Shown: one piece after another, positions 56,131-64,000 of the stretch
Position numbering within the stretch: position 1 is the stretch's first letter
Layout of the letters: the number at the start of each line of letters is the position of its first letter
NCBI GenBank assembly: GCA_003554845.1
Contig: PWHK01000017.1
Coordinates: 11,242 to 75,241 of the forward strand
Direction: 5' to 3'
Source of the DNA: Candidatus Aenigmatarchaeota archaeon
Lineage (GTDB): Archaea; Aenigmatarchaeota; Aenigmatarchaeia; PWEA01
Length of the DNA stretch: 64,000 nucleotides
Position numbers and translations under genes: made by a program
Notes under the pieces: model-generated
Databases searched by the model: none
Told to the model about the DNA's origin: nothing
What the model saw: the letters and a program-made list of their open reading frames with translations, nothing else

Positions 56131-56928
56131 CTAGTCTATATAGAGCTTTACGGGTACGGCTGAAACTTCCCTTAGTTTCTCGACACTTCTCCTGAGTCTT
56201 TTATTGTGTTTTTTCCCTCCTCCGAGTATATCCCTGTATCTGTCTGCAAGCTCCGGGTAGTTTTCCATCACGACCTTCAATATAGTCTCCTTTCTCCGTG
56301 TGTTTAGATTTTCTACTTGGAACTCGTAGATGAGGTCCTCTGTTTCTTCCATTATCCTCTGGAGATTTGTTATACCTTCTAGCCATGGTCCAACATGTAT
56401 ATACGTCGGTATTCCCTCCGAACGTAGACTCTCCAAGGCATTCTTCCTCTCTTGAATAGTAGAAGCACCGGGCTCCCATATTTTCCTGTCAGCATCGTCG
56501 GAAAAGTTTATTGTAAAACCAACGGACAGCTTTCCGTGTTCAAATTTTTTGAGTATATCGATATCCCTCAGCACAAGGCTGCTCTTTGTGAGTATGGATA
56601 CAGAGAAACCTTTCCTTTGGAGTATCTCGAGCAGTCTTCTTGTTATCCTGTGTTTTTTCTCTGATGATTGGTATGGATCGGTTACCGAGGAAAGAAGAAC
56701 TCTACCTGGTTCTTTGTTTTTTACTTCTTCTTCTAGTACCTCGGGTGCGTTCTCCTTGACGTCAACAAACTCTCCCCATTCTTCGACGTGGCCTGTAAAC
56801 TTTTTCATGAAAACGGCATAACAGTATCTACAGGAATGTCTACAACCTGTATATGGATTCACAGAGTAGTCCAACCCGTATAGCTTTGTGTCCGAGAGAA
56901 CAGATTTACAGGTGACCTTCTTTTCCAT
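56131..56928 (-). CDS. Radical SAM protein, spore-photoproduct-lyase-like (DNA repair photolyase family)
   Basis: NPYTGCRHSCRYCYA CxxxCxxC cluster motif; 265 aa. Confidence 0.6.
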   Translation of the reverse strand: MEKKVTCKSVLSDTKLYGLDYSVNPYTGCRHSCRYCYAVFMKKFTGHVEEWGEFVDVKENAPEVLEEEVKNKEPGRVLLSSVTDPYQSSEKKHRITRRLLEILQRKGFSVSILTKSSLVLRDIDILKKFEHGKLSVGFTINFSDDADRKIWEPGASTIQERKNALESLRSEGIPTYIHVGPWLEGITNLQRIMEETEDLIYEFQVENLNTRRKETILKVVMENYPELADRYRDILGGGKKHNKRLRRSVEKLREVSAVPVKLYID

Positions 56929-56980
56929 GTAAAGTGCTGCGATCCGAAATTTTATAATCCTTTCCTATACAGTTTAAACC

Positions 56981-58069
56981 ATGCCATTTGAAGACGATAT
57001 AGAGAAGACAAAGGAGAAGCTTAAAGGGACACCTGTCAACAAGTCCACAGAGACAGAGCGTGGGCGTCTGAAGGCAAAGATAGCGCGTCTCAAGAGGGAA
57101 AAGGAGCAGAAACAGAAGGAGAGCCAGGCATCTGGTCAGGGCTATGCTGTAAAACAGAGAGGAGACGCAACCGTTTCTCTGGTAGGTCCGCCGTCCGTTG
57201 GTAAGTCTACTCTTTTGAACAAGCTGACAAACGCAGAGTCGGAGGTTGCAGGCTATGAGTTCACTACACTGGAGGTAGTTCCGGGTATGATGAACTACAG
57301 AGGAGCGAATATACAGATACTCGACGTTCCTGGACTGGTTGAAGGAGCCGCAAAGGGAAAGGGTGGAGGTAAACAGGTGCTTTCTGTTGTGAGAAGCTCC
57401 GACATGGTTCTTGTTGTCATCGACGAGAACAGGTTGGATATGGTTGAAGGAATAAAAAATGAGCTATACGGTGCAGGCGTCAGGCTCAACGGAAGACCTC
57501 CAAACATGGATATTATGGAGAGAGGCGAAGGTGGGATTGAGCTGTCTGTTGCATGTGATTTGAAACTTGGAGAGGAGACAGTAAAGCAGGTTCTCAGGGA
57601 AAATGGTTTCCTCAACTGCAAGGTCATAATAAGAGAAGATATTGATCTGGAAGAGCTTGTCGATGGACTCATGGACAACAGAGTATATATACCCGGTTTG
57701 GTCTGTCTAAACAAAACAGACAAGATCGAGGATACGGCGGTGTCAAGACTTAGAAAGGAGCATCCCAATTGGATTTTCATTTCCGCAGAGAAGGGACACA
57801 ATCTCGATGATCTACGGGAGAGGCTATGGGAAGACCTTGGTCTCATTAGGGTATATATGAAAAAGAGAAATAAAGAACCGGATATGAAAGAGCCACTTAT
57901 TGTAGAGGCCGGTTCCACAGTCCAGGAGATAATGAAGTCCCTGGATAAAAAGTTTACAGGAGAGCTTTCCTATGCCAAAATATGGGGCGACAGTGCGAAG
58001 TTTCCGGGTCAGAGGGTCGGTGAGACCCACGTTCTGAAGGACGGGGACGTCGTAGAGCTCAGGTTCTAG
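56981..58069 (+). CDS. Obg-like GTPase of the DRG family with C-terminal TGS domain
   Basis: G motifs VGPPSVGKSTLL, DVPGL, NKTD; C-terminal TGS-like beta-grasp (HVLKDGDVVELRF). Confidence 0.8.
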   Translation: MPFEDDIEKTKEKLKGTPVNKSTETERGRLKAKIARLKREKEQKQKESQASGQGYAVKQRGDATVSLVGPPSVGKSTLLNKLTNAESEVAGYEFTTLEVVPGMMNYRGANIQILDVPGLVEGAAKGKGGGKQVLSVVRSSDMVLVVIDENRLDMVEGIKNELYGAGVRLNGRPPNMDIMERGEGGIELSVACDLKLGEETVKQVLRENGFLNCKVIIREDIDLEELVDGLMDNRVYIPGLVCLNKTDKIEDTAVSRLRKEHPNWIFISAEKGHNLDDLRERLWEDLGLIRVYMKKRNKEPDMKEPLIVEAGSTVQEIMKSLDKKFTGELSYAKIWGDSAKFPGQRVGETHVLKDGDVVELRF

Positions 58070-59391
58070 ATAAACGACATGAGGTTTTCCTGTCTCTGTC
58101 TTTGTGTCAGTATTTTTGAAACCGATGTCCACTGGCAGAACTCTAGGTCAAGAGTTTCTTTGAGATGTCTGAAAGCCATTTCCCTGTTTTTGAACCTAAT
58201 AGGCCTTTTTCTTAGCGCGTCTCGAACCGATTCCCTTACGTTCCATACACCCACAGGTAGTATATAGCCGGGTTTCGCCTCTCTGAGCACAAGGGCTCCT
58301 GCCTGTCTCCTTTCTTCGTCCAGCTTTTCCAGTACTGCAAGCCTTGCTGAGTAGTAGCATCCTCCTATGGAAGCGTATTTGTCTCTGCCATCAAACTCTT
58401 CATTGTCTCCAAATATGGCTATTGAGTCACGTGTCGGGTTCCATGTTGTTTCCGGATAGAAGGCCTCTATGAGCTCGTATCGCCATGACTCCGGTGTAAA
58501 TAGAACCACCCATTGGTTGTCAAGATAGTTTGTCTCATATACACGCCACTCGTCTATCGATGGATACGTTTTAACGGTTCTGCGGAGATCTTTACCTAGG
58601 ATATCATCTACAGCAGTTATACTCCACCTGGTTGGCACAAACTTTCTGTTTCCTTTTGTTCCTGTTCCCCCGACCATGAATATGTCCTGTATTCTTGATA
58701 TGGGTGCACCCTTTCTGTAAAGCCTTTTTACAGCATCGACTGCTCTAAGATCTGTGTCGTAGAATACCTCTTCGAGGCGGCGATCTGATTTCATTGTACC
58801 GCGTTTGAAGGACTCCATGGGTGCAGAGGGACCATGTGGCTGGGACCTTCCATCGAGGCTTATACTTTCTCTGAGGTTCTTTTTGAACCTCACTTCTGTC
58901 TCAGCGGGATTCTTTGCCAGGGCAAGGTATCTTATCTCATTGTCCTTTTCCTTTAGGTTTTTCACATTGACGTCTCTGGTAAGTTTTTTCTTCCCCCGTG
59001 CAAGACTTCCTCTCATTCTTATTATATCGTCCATTTCTACACTTCCAAACCATCGCTCCGGTTGGGAATAAATGGATGTATCACCCTTTTCTGGGGGAAC
59101 AAGGGGGCCTACACTTACACGTGGATAGTTGTGGCGTCCGACAAACACAGAAGGAGGAGAGTTTCCTTGTATTTCCTTTGTGTTGAACTTCTTTACGCTT
59201 TCGGCTTGTGAATAGTATTTCTGTAGAACAGGACATCTGTCCTTACCACAGAGCTTTTTTGTTCCACGGCACTTCAGGCACATGTTCCTGGCCTTGGGAT
59301 CAAGTCGCGGAGCCACCTTTTCGGAGAAGGTCTCCGAGTCATGGCTGGCCCTCTCTGCGCTTATTCTTTTTACAGGAGTCTTCCCGGTCAT
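58066..59391 (-). CDS. nreA: Archaeal Nre-family DNA repair protein with C-terminal PIP box
   Basis: N-terminal Cys cluster CLKCRGTKKLCGKDRCPVL typical of Nre; C-terminal QENLMSFI fits the PCNA-interacting QxxLxxF[FYI] motif. Confidence 0.7.
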   Translation of the reverse strand: MTGKTPVKRISAERASHDSETFSEKVAPRLDPKARNMCLKCRGTKKLCGKDRCPVLQKYYSQAESVKKFNTKEIQGNSPPSVFVGRHNYPRVSVGPLVPPEKGDTSIYSQPERWFGSVEMDDIIRMRGSLARGKKKLTRDVNVKNLKEKDNEIRYLALAKNPAETEVRFKKNLRESISLDGRSQPHGPSAPMESFKRGTMKSDRRLEEVFYDTDLRAVDAVKRLYRKGAPISRIQDIFMVGGTGTKGNRKFVPTRWSITAVDDILGKDLRRTVKTYPSIDEWRVYETNYLDNQWVVLFTPESWRYELIEAFYPETTWNPTRDSIAIFGDNEEFDGRDKYASIGGCYYSARLAVLEKLDEERRQAGALVLREAKPGYILPVGVWNVRESVRDALRKRPIRFKNREMAFRHLKETLDLEFCQWTSVSKILTQRQRQENLMSFI

Positions 59392-59435
59392 AGTAATAGT
59401 TCTGTTTCTATATTTTTATCCTTCGAAATACGGAA

Positions 59436-59762
59436 CTAGGATCTGAACTCTCCCAACTTTTCAAGGATTTCCTCGTACAGATCCACGTCAAAGCCCTCGA
59501 AGTTCTGTATTACCTCTCCGTCCATTGATCCATCGGAGGGTCTTCCGACCACCCTTACAAGGTCGCTTTCATCGAAGCCGTCGAGGTCCTTTGATAGATC
59601 GAAGACAACCTCAATAGTTCCTGTTCCGTCGTCAACCGCAACTCTACTTTCGCCCTTGTCTACAACCGTTCCTATAACAGAAACCCTTATATCCTCTTCT
59701 GATACGTTTTCTATCTTTCTGTGTACTGCAGGTGCCCTTCTCTTATCATCATTCAATGGCAT
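59436..59762 (-). CDS. OB-fold nucleic-acid-binding protein (RPA/SSB-like)
   Basis: VSVIGTVVDKGESRVAVDDGTGTIEVVF...VRVVGR pattern of a tRNA_anti-type OB fold. Confidence 0.45.
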   Translation of the reverse strand: MPLNDDKRRAPAVHRKIENVSEEDIRVSVIGTVVDKGESRVAVDDGTGTIEVVFDLSKDLDGFDESDLVRVVGRPSDGSMDGEVIQNFEGFDVDLYEEILEKLGEFRS

Positions 59763-60084
59763 ACATATCTTCTCCTTCTGTTGTGTTTTTCTCTACCCCT
59801 ATACTCAGATCTCTACTGAAGCCGTCTTCTTCTGTGTGGCTGCCCCTCCATTGTAGAATTCCACCGTCGGGGTACGATTCTCCGTCTATTGTTGGTTCTC
59901 CACCGACTGTTAGCATGAGAACAAAACCCATTATAACTATTATTCCCGCGAGAATCCAAGGTTTATGGGACCGCATACCGAGTAGATCTGTTTTTTTGTC
60001 TTCTGTTTTGTGCATTTGTGCCTTGTGTACACCAAGACCTCTTTTTGAATCGAAACTTCTTCCACATAGGTCGCATTTTGGCAT
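59749..60084 (-). CDS. C2H2 zinc-finger protein with single transmembrane helix and acidic extracytoplasmic tail
   Basis: CDLCGRSFDSKRGLGVHKAQMH finger at N-terminus; hydrophobic WILAGIIVIMGFVLMLTV segment. Confidence 0.5.
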   Translation of the reverse strand: MPKCDLCGRSFDSKRGLGVHKAQMHKTEDKKTDLLGMRSHKPWILAGIIVIMGFVLMLTVGGEPTIDGESYPDGGILQWRGSHTEEDGFSRDLSIGVEKNTTEGEDMYAIE

Positions 60085-60223
60085 ACAGACAATATATTAT
60101 GGAAGATTAAAAAGCTTTCTTAGGTTTTTTGTTTTCCTTTTAGTAACAACAAAGATTTTATATAGTTACAGGGCAAATAAGAAATATCTTAAAAAGAACT
60201 TCTTTTTTTGGAGGTGAAAGCTA

Positions 60224-60376
60224 TGGCTTTGAAGTGTGATGTATGTGGTTGCGATCTTGATAGCTCTAACCTTGGTTTTGTTAAAAATCCAAGGGAATCC
60301 GAGAGGGTAACAAAATGTAAGGGCTGTCACGAAGTTAATAGACCCAAGAAGGAAAGTAGTTATACTCTTCTGTAGT
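60224..60376 (+). CDS. Small zinc-ribbon protein (50 aa; absent from ORF track)
   Basis: Manual translation MALKCDVCGCDLDSSNLGFVKNPRESERVTKCKGCHEVNRPKKESSYTLL; strong Shine-Dalgarno ggaggtga 7 nt upstream of the ATG. Confidence 0.55.
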
Positions 60377-60565
60377 TAACTTGCCTCTGTAAGTATCTTT
60401 ATGGGAAGATAAAGTAGCATCTTTGGATGTATTGATTCACCAAAGAGAAGCCATGTCAGGAACATAAAAAACAGCCCCATGATAAAAAACTTTATGAGCT
60501 TTCTTATCAACCCGCCTTTCCTAATATAATCGACTTGTAACAGACTTATGATTAAAATTAGGTTT

Positions 60566-60850
60566 TCAGCTAAATACCTCATCTATTATCTTCTCCTCGG
60601 GCGTTTTCTCCTCCTCCTGTTTTGCAACAGTTTCCTTCTCAACCGTTGTGTATCCCTTGAACCTATTCCCCTTTATCGTTGTCTGTGTCTCTCTTAACTT
60701 CCCGCTCATCATCATTTCGTCCAGCTTTTCCTGTAGCTTCCTCTCGTCTACGTTTAGAGCAAACTTGTTTCTGAGTTCATCTCTTATCCTTGAAAATGTT
60801 GGGAGTCCTCGTATCCTTTCTACTGCTTCCTCGATTATTTCATGGTCCAT
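60566..60850 (-). CDS. Hypothetical small protein
   Basis: 94-aa ORF, charged, no motif recognised. Confidence 0.3.
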   Translation of the reverse strand: MDHEIIEEAVERIRGLPTFSRIRDELRNKFALNVDERKLQEKLDEMMMSGKLRETQTTIKGNRFKGYTTVEKETVAKQEEEKTPEEKIIDEVFS

Positions 60851-60913
60851 CTTATCCCGCTACCTGGATTAATTCCGCCTAGTTTTATTAATTTAGTGGG
60901 ATTTATTTAAGTT

Positions 60914-61996
60914 ATGCAGGAAATTCTTTCCGAGCTCAACGGGATAGCGGGTAAGGTAGAGGCACTCGAGAACAAGAGAAGGAAGCTAAGCCGTTTTCTC
61001 AGGGACGTAAAGGATGCAGAGATCCAAGGAGAAAAGATACCAGAGAAAAAGATATCCATACCCGTAGAAGAATCGGATATGAAGAAGAAAACTGTGTGTG
61101 GGATAGACGGAGGTCTACTCAAAAAAGCATACCATGCAGTGGATCTCGTTTTGACAAAGTCCGTTGCAGTTGTCTTCGAGTTCGATGGCCGTCTTAAGGA
61201 TGTAAGATATATTCCAAGCTCAATTCCTACACCAAAGCTTTCTGTTTTTACAGAACCACTTTCAAAGGAGGAATTTTCTCTTGCTGCAAATCTGGAGAGA
61301 ATGGAGATGGAGGTAGGTCTGGCCCTTGATACAATGAAATCCGTAGATCTTGATCTTCTTATCATGGACGGATCCATCGTTCCACATCCATCTTCCAATC
61401 CCGGAGAAGACTCCGACGTCAAACAAAAATTTGATATTGTAAGGAACCTCTACAGCGATATTCTCAACAGGCCTCCATGTATGTTTGCAGGAGTATCCGA
61501 GGATTCCAGATCAAGGAAGTTCTCAAGGATAGTTTCAGATGATATACTTGAAAGGGTCAGAAGCACCAAAAAGAAGGATCTAAAGAGAATTTTAGAAGGA
61601 ACGAGAGACACAAACCTACTGTTTCATGTACTGAAACAGGGTGAGAGAACATCTTATTTCCAATACACAGACGATCCGTCCAAGTCGTGTTTGCCCAAGG
61701 ATGTTATCGATGATGTATATTCTTTTTACATTAAGTCTACAGAGTACGATAGGCCTCTCAGAGTTGACTTCTACGCCGAAGATAAGCCTGCCAAAAGGGC
61801 AGATGAGATATCTTCGATTATTCTTTCTCTTTCAGCCGACAATGAGGAGTATGGAGTACCCACGGTTCTTATAGAGGCCGATAAAAGGGCAAGGTTAAGG
61901 GAAGAAGAACTCCGTTTTATATACTCCTCCCTGCAGGACAAGGTAGGCGATGTACCTTCTCTTTACAAACTCAGAAGGAACAGCAGACCATTTTAG
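60914..61996 (+). CDS. NurA-like 5'-3' nuclease (RNase H-like fold) candidate
   Basis: Acidic residues in GIDGG (~res 64), EMEV (~123), LIMDGS (~147) spaced like the NurA catalytic D/E/D motifs; 360 aa; no adjacent herA. Confidence 0.4.
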   Translation: MQEILSELNGIAGKVEALENKRRKLSRFLRDVKDAEIQGEKIPEKKISIPVEESDMKKKTVCGIDGGLLKKAYHAVDLVLTKSVAVVFEFDGRLKDVRYIPSSIPTPKLSVFTEPLSKEEFSLAANLERMEMEVGLALDTMKSVDLDLLIMDGSIVPHPSSNPGEDSDVKQKFDIVRNLYSDILNRPPCMFAGVSEDSRSRKFSRIVSDDILERVRSTKKKDLKRILEGTRDTNLLFHVLKQGERTSYFQYTDDPSKSCLPKDVIDDVYSFYIKSTEYDRPLRVDFYAEDKPAKRADEISSIILSLSADNEEYGVPTVLIEADKRARLREEELRFIYSSLQDKVGDVPSLYKLRRNSRPF

Positions 61997-62745
61997 AGAT
62001 CTTCGAGTCTTCCTATGTATGTTCCATCGAGAAGATAGACCTTTGACTCGTCTACATCCATAATTCCGTTTTCTAGAATAGGGCCCAGAAGTCTCTTTTC
62101 ACGATCTTCGTTCATAGGCATGCCTGTTATAATTTCATTGAAGGCAGGGACAATAAGAATTTCCTCTGTCTTTGCACCGCTTCCAAATCTTTCCCTGAGA
62201 ACACCCCTTTTCACAGGACCTCTGACCCAACAGGGCACCTTCGAAGAGAAGCCCAGGCTGTCTTCGAACTTTACAGCCGGGTGTGAATGTCCCCTTATGA
62301 GTATTTTTGATTGTTTTACTTGTTCGGATGGCCAGGACTGTCCGTGGTTGAAGTAGAAGTCGCCCTCTCTGAATCCATTTGTCGGTTCTATCCCGATGGA
62401 GGAGTCTTTTATCAGTTCCTCTATATTTCCATCGTGGTTACCCTTTGTTATCTTTACCTCTGCTCTTTCTGAAAGATCTCTGAAAAATGACGGAAGGTTC
62501 TTTTTTTCGGATGCGGACGTGGTTGGAACGTTGTGTTTTACATCACCAAGAAGTATTAGTCTTTCTGCATCTGTTTCATCAAGAAGGTTGAATATTCTCT
62601 TTCTTTGTTTTTCTACCCTCGGTGGGATCCTTATCCCCCTTTTGTATATTTCGTATTCAAGTCCCAGGTGAAGATCTGATATAACCAGAGTTTTCTTTTC
62701 AAGTTCATCGAGAACCAGAGCAGGCCTTTCCTTTAGAAACTTCAT
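61993..62745 (-). CDS. Calcineurin-like metallophosphoesterase
   Basis: Motifs ISDLHLG, LLGDVKHN, GNHDG, GHSHP. Confidence 0.7.
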   Translation of the reverse strand: MKFLKERPALVLDELEKKTLVISDLHLGLEYEIYKRGIRIPPRVEKQRKRIFNLLDETDAERLILLGDVKHNVPTTSASEKKNLPSFFRDLSERAEVKITKGNHDGNIEELIKDSSIGIEPTNGFREGDFYFNHGQSWPSEQVKQSKILIRGHSHPAVKFEDSLGFSSKVPCWVRGPVKRGVLRERFGSGAKTEEILIVPAFNEIITGMPMNEDREKRLLGPILENGIMDVDESKVYLLDGTYIGRLEDL

Positions 62746-63338
62746 CTTTCCAGCCTTTTTATTTCCTTTATTTCACCATCTTCCACGACAATTCTGTATC
62801 CGAGGACATCCTTCGATGCCGATGCATTGACGACCTTTGTACGGCCCACAGTTGAAACACCCTCTGATTCGTGTATGTGGCCACATAACCATGCAATAGG
62901 TTGCTTTTCTTCTATGATTTCTCTGAACTCATGGACTCCTATCCTGGCTCCACTGTGGATTTCATCTCTTGTCCTGTGTGGTGGTTCGTGTGATCCTATT
63001 ATTACACGGCTCGGGTCGACGTCTTCAAACCTTTCCAGTACCTTGTTCTTGAGATCAGGGAAGTGGTGTGATCCCACCATCACAAATCTTATTCCACCGT
63101 AGTCGAAACTGTCTATGTTCTTAAGGTACGGCAGCTTCTTCATTCCGTAGTCACGGTTACCTGGTATAAATGACTTTTTCTCTACATCTAGACCTGTGAC
63201 CAGCTTTGAGAAAAAACGTTTAGACATGAAGTCACCGAGCCCCAGAAATATATCGTACTGCTCCCTTTCTACCTCGTCTAGGACCTCTCTGAGAAGTCTC
63301 ATGTTTGCATGTGGATCGGAGAGAACGAATATCTTCAT
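62742..63338 (-). CDS. Calcineurin-like metallophosphoesterase (YfcE/Vps29-like)
   Basis: Motifs VLSDPHAN, GLGDF, GNRDY, GHIHE. Confidence 0.7.
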   Translation of the reverse strand: MKIFVLSDPHANMRLLREVLDEVEREQYDIFLGLGDFMSKRFFSKLVTGLDVEKKSFIPGNRDYGMKKLPYLKNIDSFDYGGIRFVMVGSHHFPDLKNKVLERFEDVDPSRVIIGSHEPPHRTRDEIHSGARIGVHEFREIIEEKQPIAWLCGHIHESEGVSTVGRTKVVNASASKDVLGYRIVVEDGEIKEIKRLER

Positions 63339-63499
63339 ATTGTCACCTTTTAATACCAGTAACCTTTTTTACAAAGGGTTTTATATATTCCGGTTGTTTG
63401 CCAGTTTGTAAATATTAAATAAAAAGAGGAGAATGTTTTTTTTTGATGAAGGTTCAAAAATATCGAGCCCCACACTGAGATCAAGGGTTATGTAGACCC

Positions 63500-63922
63500 C
63501 TAGAACCCGGTTTTTATCGGACTGTAGTTCCAATCACTGAGTTTATCCTCTATGTCTTCATAGCTTTTACCACATAGCATTCCGCCTGCTATAAATTCTT
63601 CCTGTGTTACATCCCCAAGACAAAAATCAGGCGGACTGAATTTCTCCTTTTCGTTCTGTGTTTCAAATTCAAAATCAATCAGAACAAGTCCCTCTAAATC
63701 TCCTTTGAACACATCTATCTCTGCAGTCATATCCTTCCATTTTTTGTAGTAGCGTACCTTGACGAGATCCTTTCCATCTACTTTTTTGAGTGCACGGAAC
63801 TCATCCCCTGTAAGTGGTATTGTATACTCTTTCTGTGTCGATGAGTCACCGTCCTCGGGTTCTTTTTTTGTCATCATGTAGACATCTCCTTTTTTTCTTA
63901 TTCGGATTATGGGGTGTCTCAT
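63500..63922 (-). CDS. CYTH-domain (triphosphate tunnel metalloenzyme) protein
   Basis: 140 aa with alternating charged beta-strand pattern EYTIPL..., VRYYKKWKDMTAEIDVFKGDLEGLVLIDFEFE typical of CYTH. Confidence 0.45.
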   Translation of the reverse strand: MRHPIIRIRKKGDVYMMTKKEPEDGDSSTQKEYTIPLTGDEFRALKKVDGKDLVKVRYYKKWKDMTAEIDVFKGDLEGLVLIDFEFETQNEKEKFSPPDFCLGDVTQEEFIAGGMLCGKSYEDIEDKLSDWNYSPIKTGF

Positions 63923-64000
63923 GTGTCCTGGAATGTAGATGTCTTTTATCTCTATGCTCTCACAGCCATCGAGTTCTGGTAAAAATCTGGCCAGAAAGGT

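Noticed and set aside
63440-63500. Possible box C/D sRNA (TGATGA at ~63445 and CTGA at ~63476)
   Set aside because: C-to-D' spacing is ~25 nt instead of ~12, and no convincing C' or D box with correct geometry; more likely promoter or terminator sequence between convergent genes

Overview
This is a 64-kb gene-dense archaeal chromosome segment of about 45% GC. Its proteins are rich in Glu/Lys and acidic tails, which suggests a thermophile. No CRISPR array, IS element, integrase or other mobile element is visible; the window is core information processing plus central metabolism. I found no single large undescribed locus; the most unusual features are fusion proteins, regulator placement and RNA oddities, listed below.

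Recognisable contents:
- Translation and ribosome: r-proteins S19e, L39e, L31e, L15e, S27a, S24e, S6e, L24e, S28e, L7Ae, S2, S27e, L44e; eIF6; aIF5B; aIF2 alpha and gamma; TyrRS, TrpRS, GluRS; Nop10.
- RNase P protein subunits Rpp21, Pop5 and Rpp30.
- Transcription: Rpo7/E', Spt4, RpoK.
- Replication and repair: a GINS - fused PriS/PriL primase - PCNA operon; Nre with a C-terminal PIP box; a NurA-like nuclease.
- Metabolism: acetyl-CoA synthetase, porGDAB (pyruvate:ferredoxin oxidoreductase), a thiolase + DUF35-HMG-CoA synthase operon, type-2 IPP isomerase, GGPP synthase, H+-pyrophosphatase, GlmS plus a sugar nucleotidyltransferase, a phosphohexomutase, a cPGS-like COG2403 protein.
- A class III ribonucleotide reductase operon nrdR-nrdD-nrdG.
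- Two intron-containing tRNAs (Trp-CCA and Gly-UCC).

Four real small genes are missing from the ORF track: L39e, L24e, Nop10 and a 50-aa zinc-ribbon protein.

Most unusual observations:
- A PriS-PriL single-chain primase.
- A DUF35-HMGCS fusion.
- A bacterial-type NrdR with a candidate NrdR box in an archaeon.
- L31e fused to two C2H2 zinc fingers, with a ~45-aa C-terminal module shared with S24e.
- A C2H2 finger family that includes a membrane-anchored member.
- A tRNA-Trp that appears to carry two introns.
- A secreted ComEA-type HhH protein.
- A GC-rich intergenic island that may be a small RNA.
- Tandem perfect hairpins upstream of S6e.
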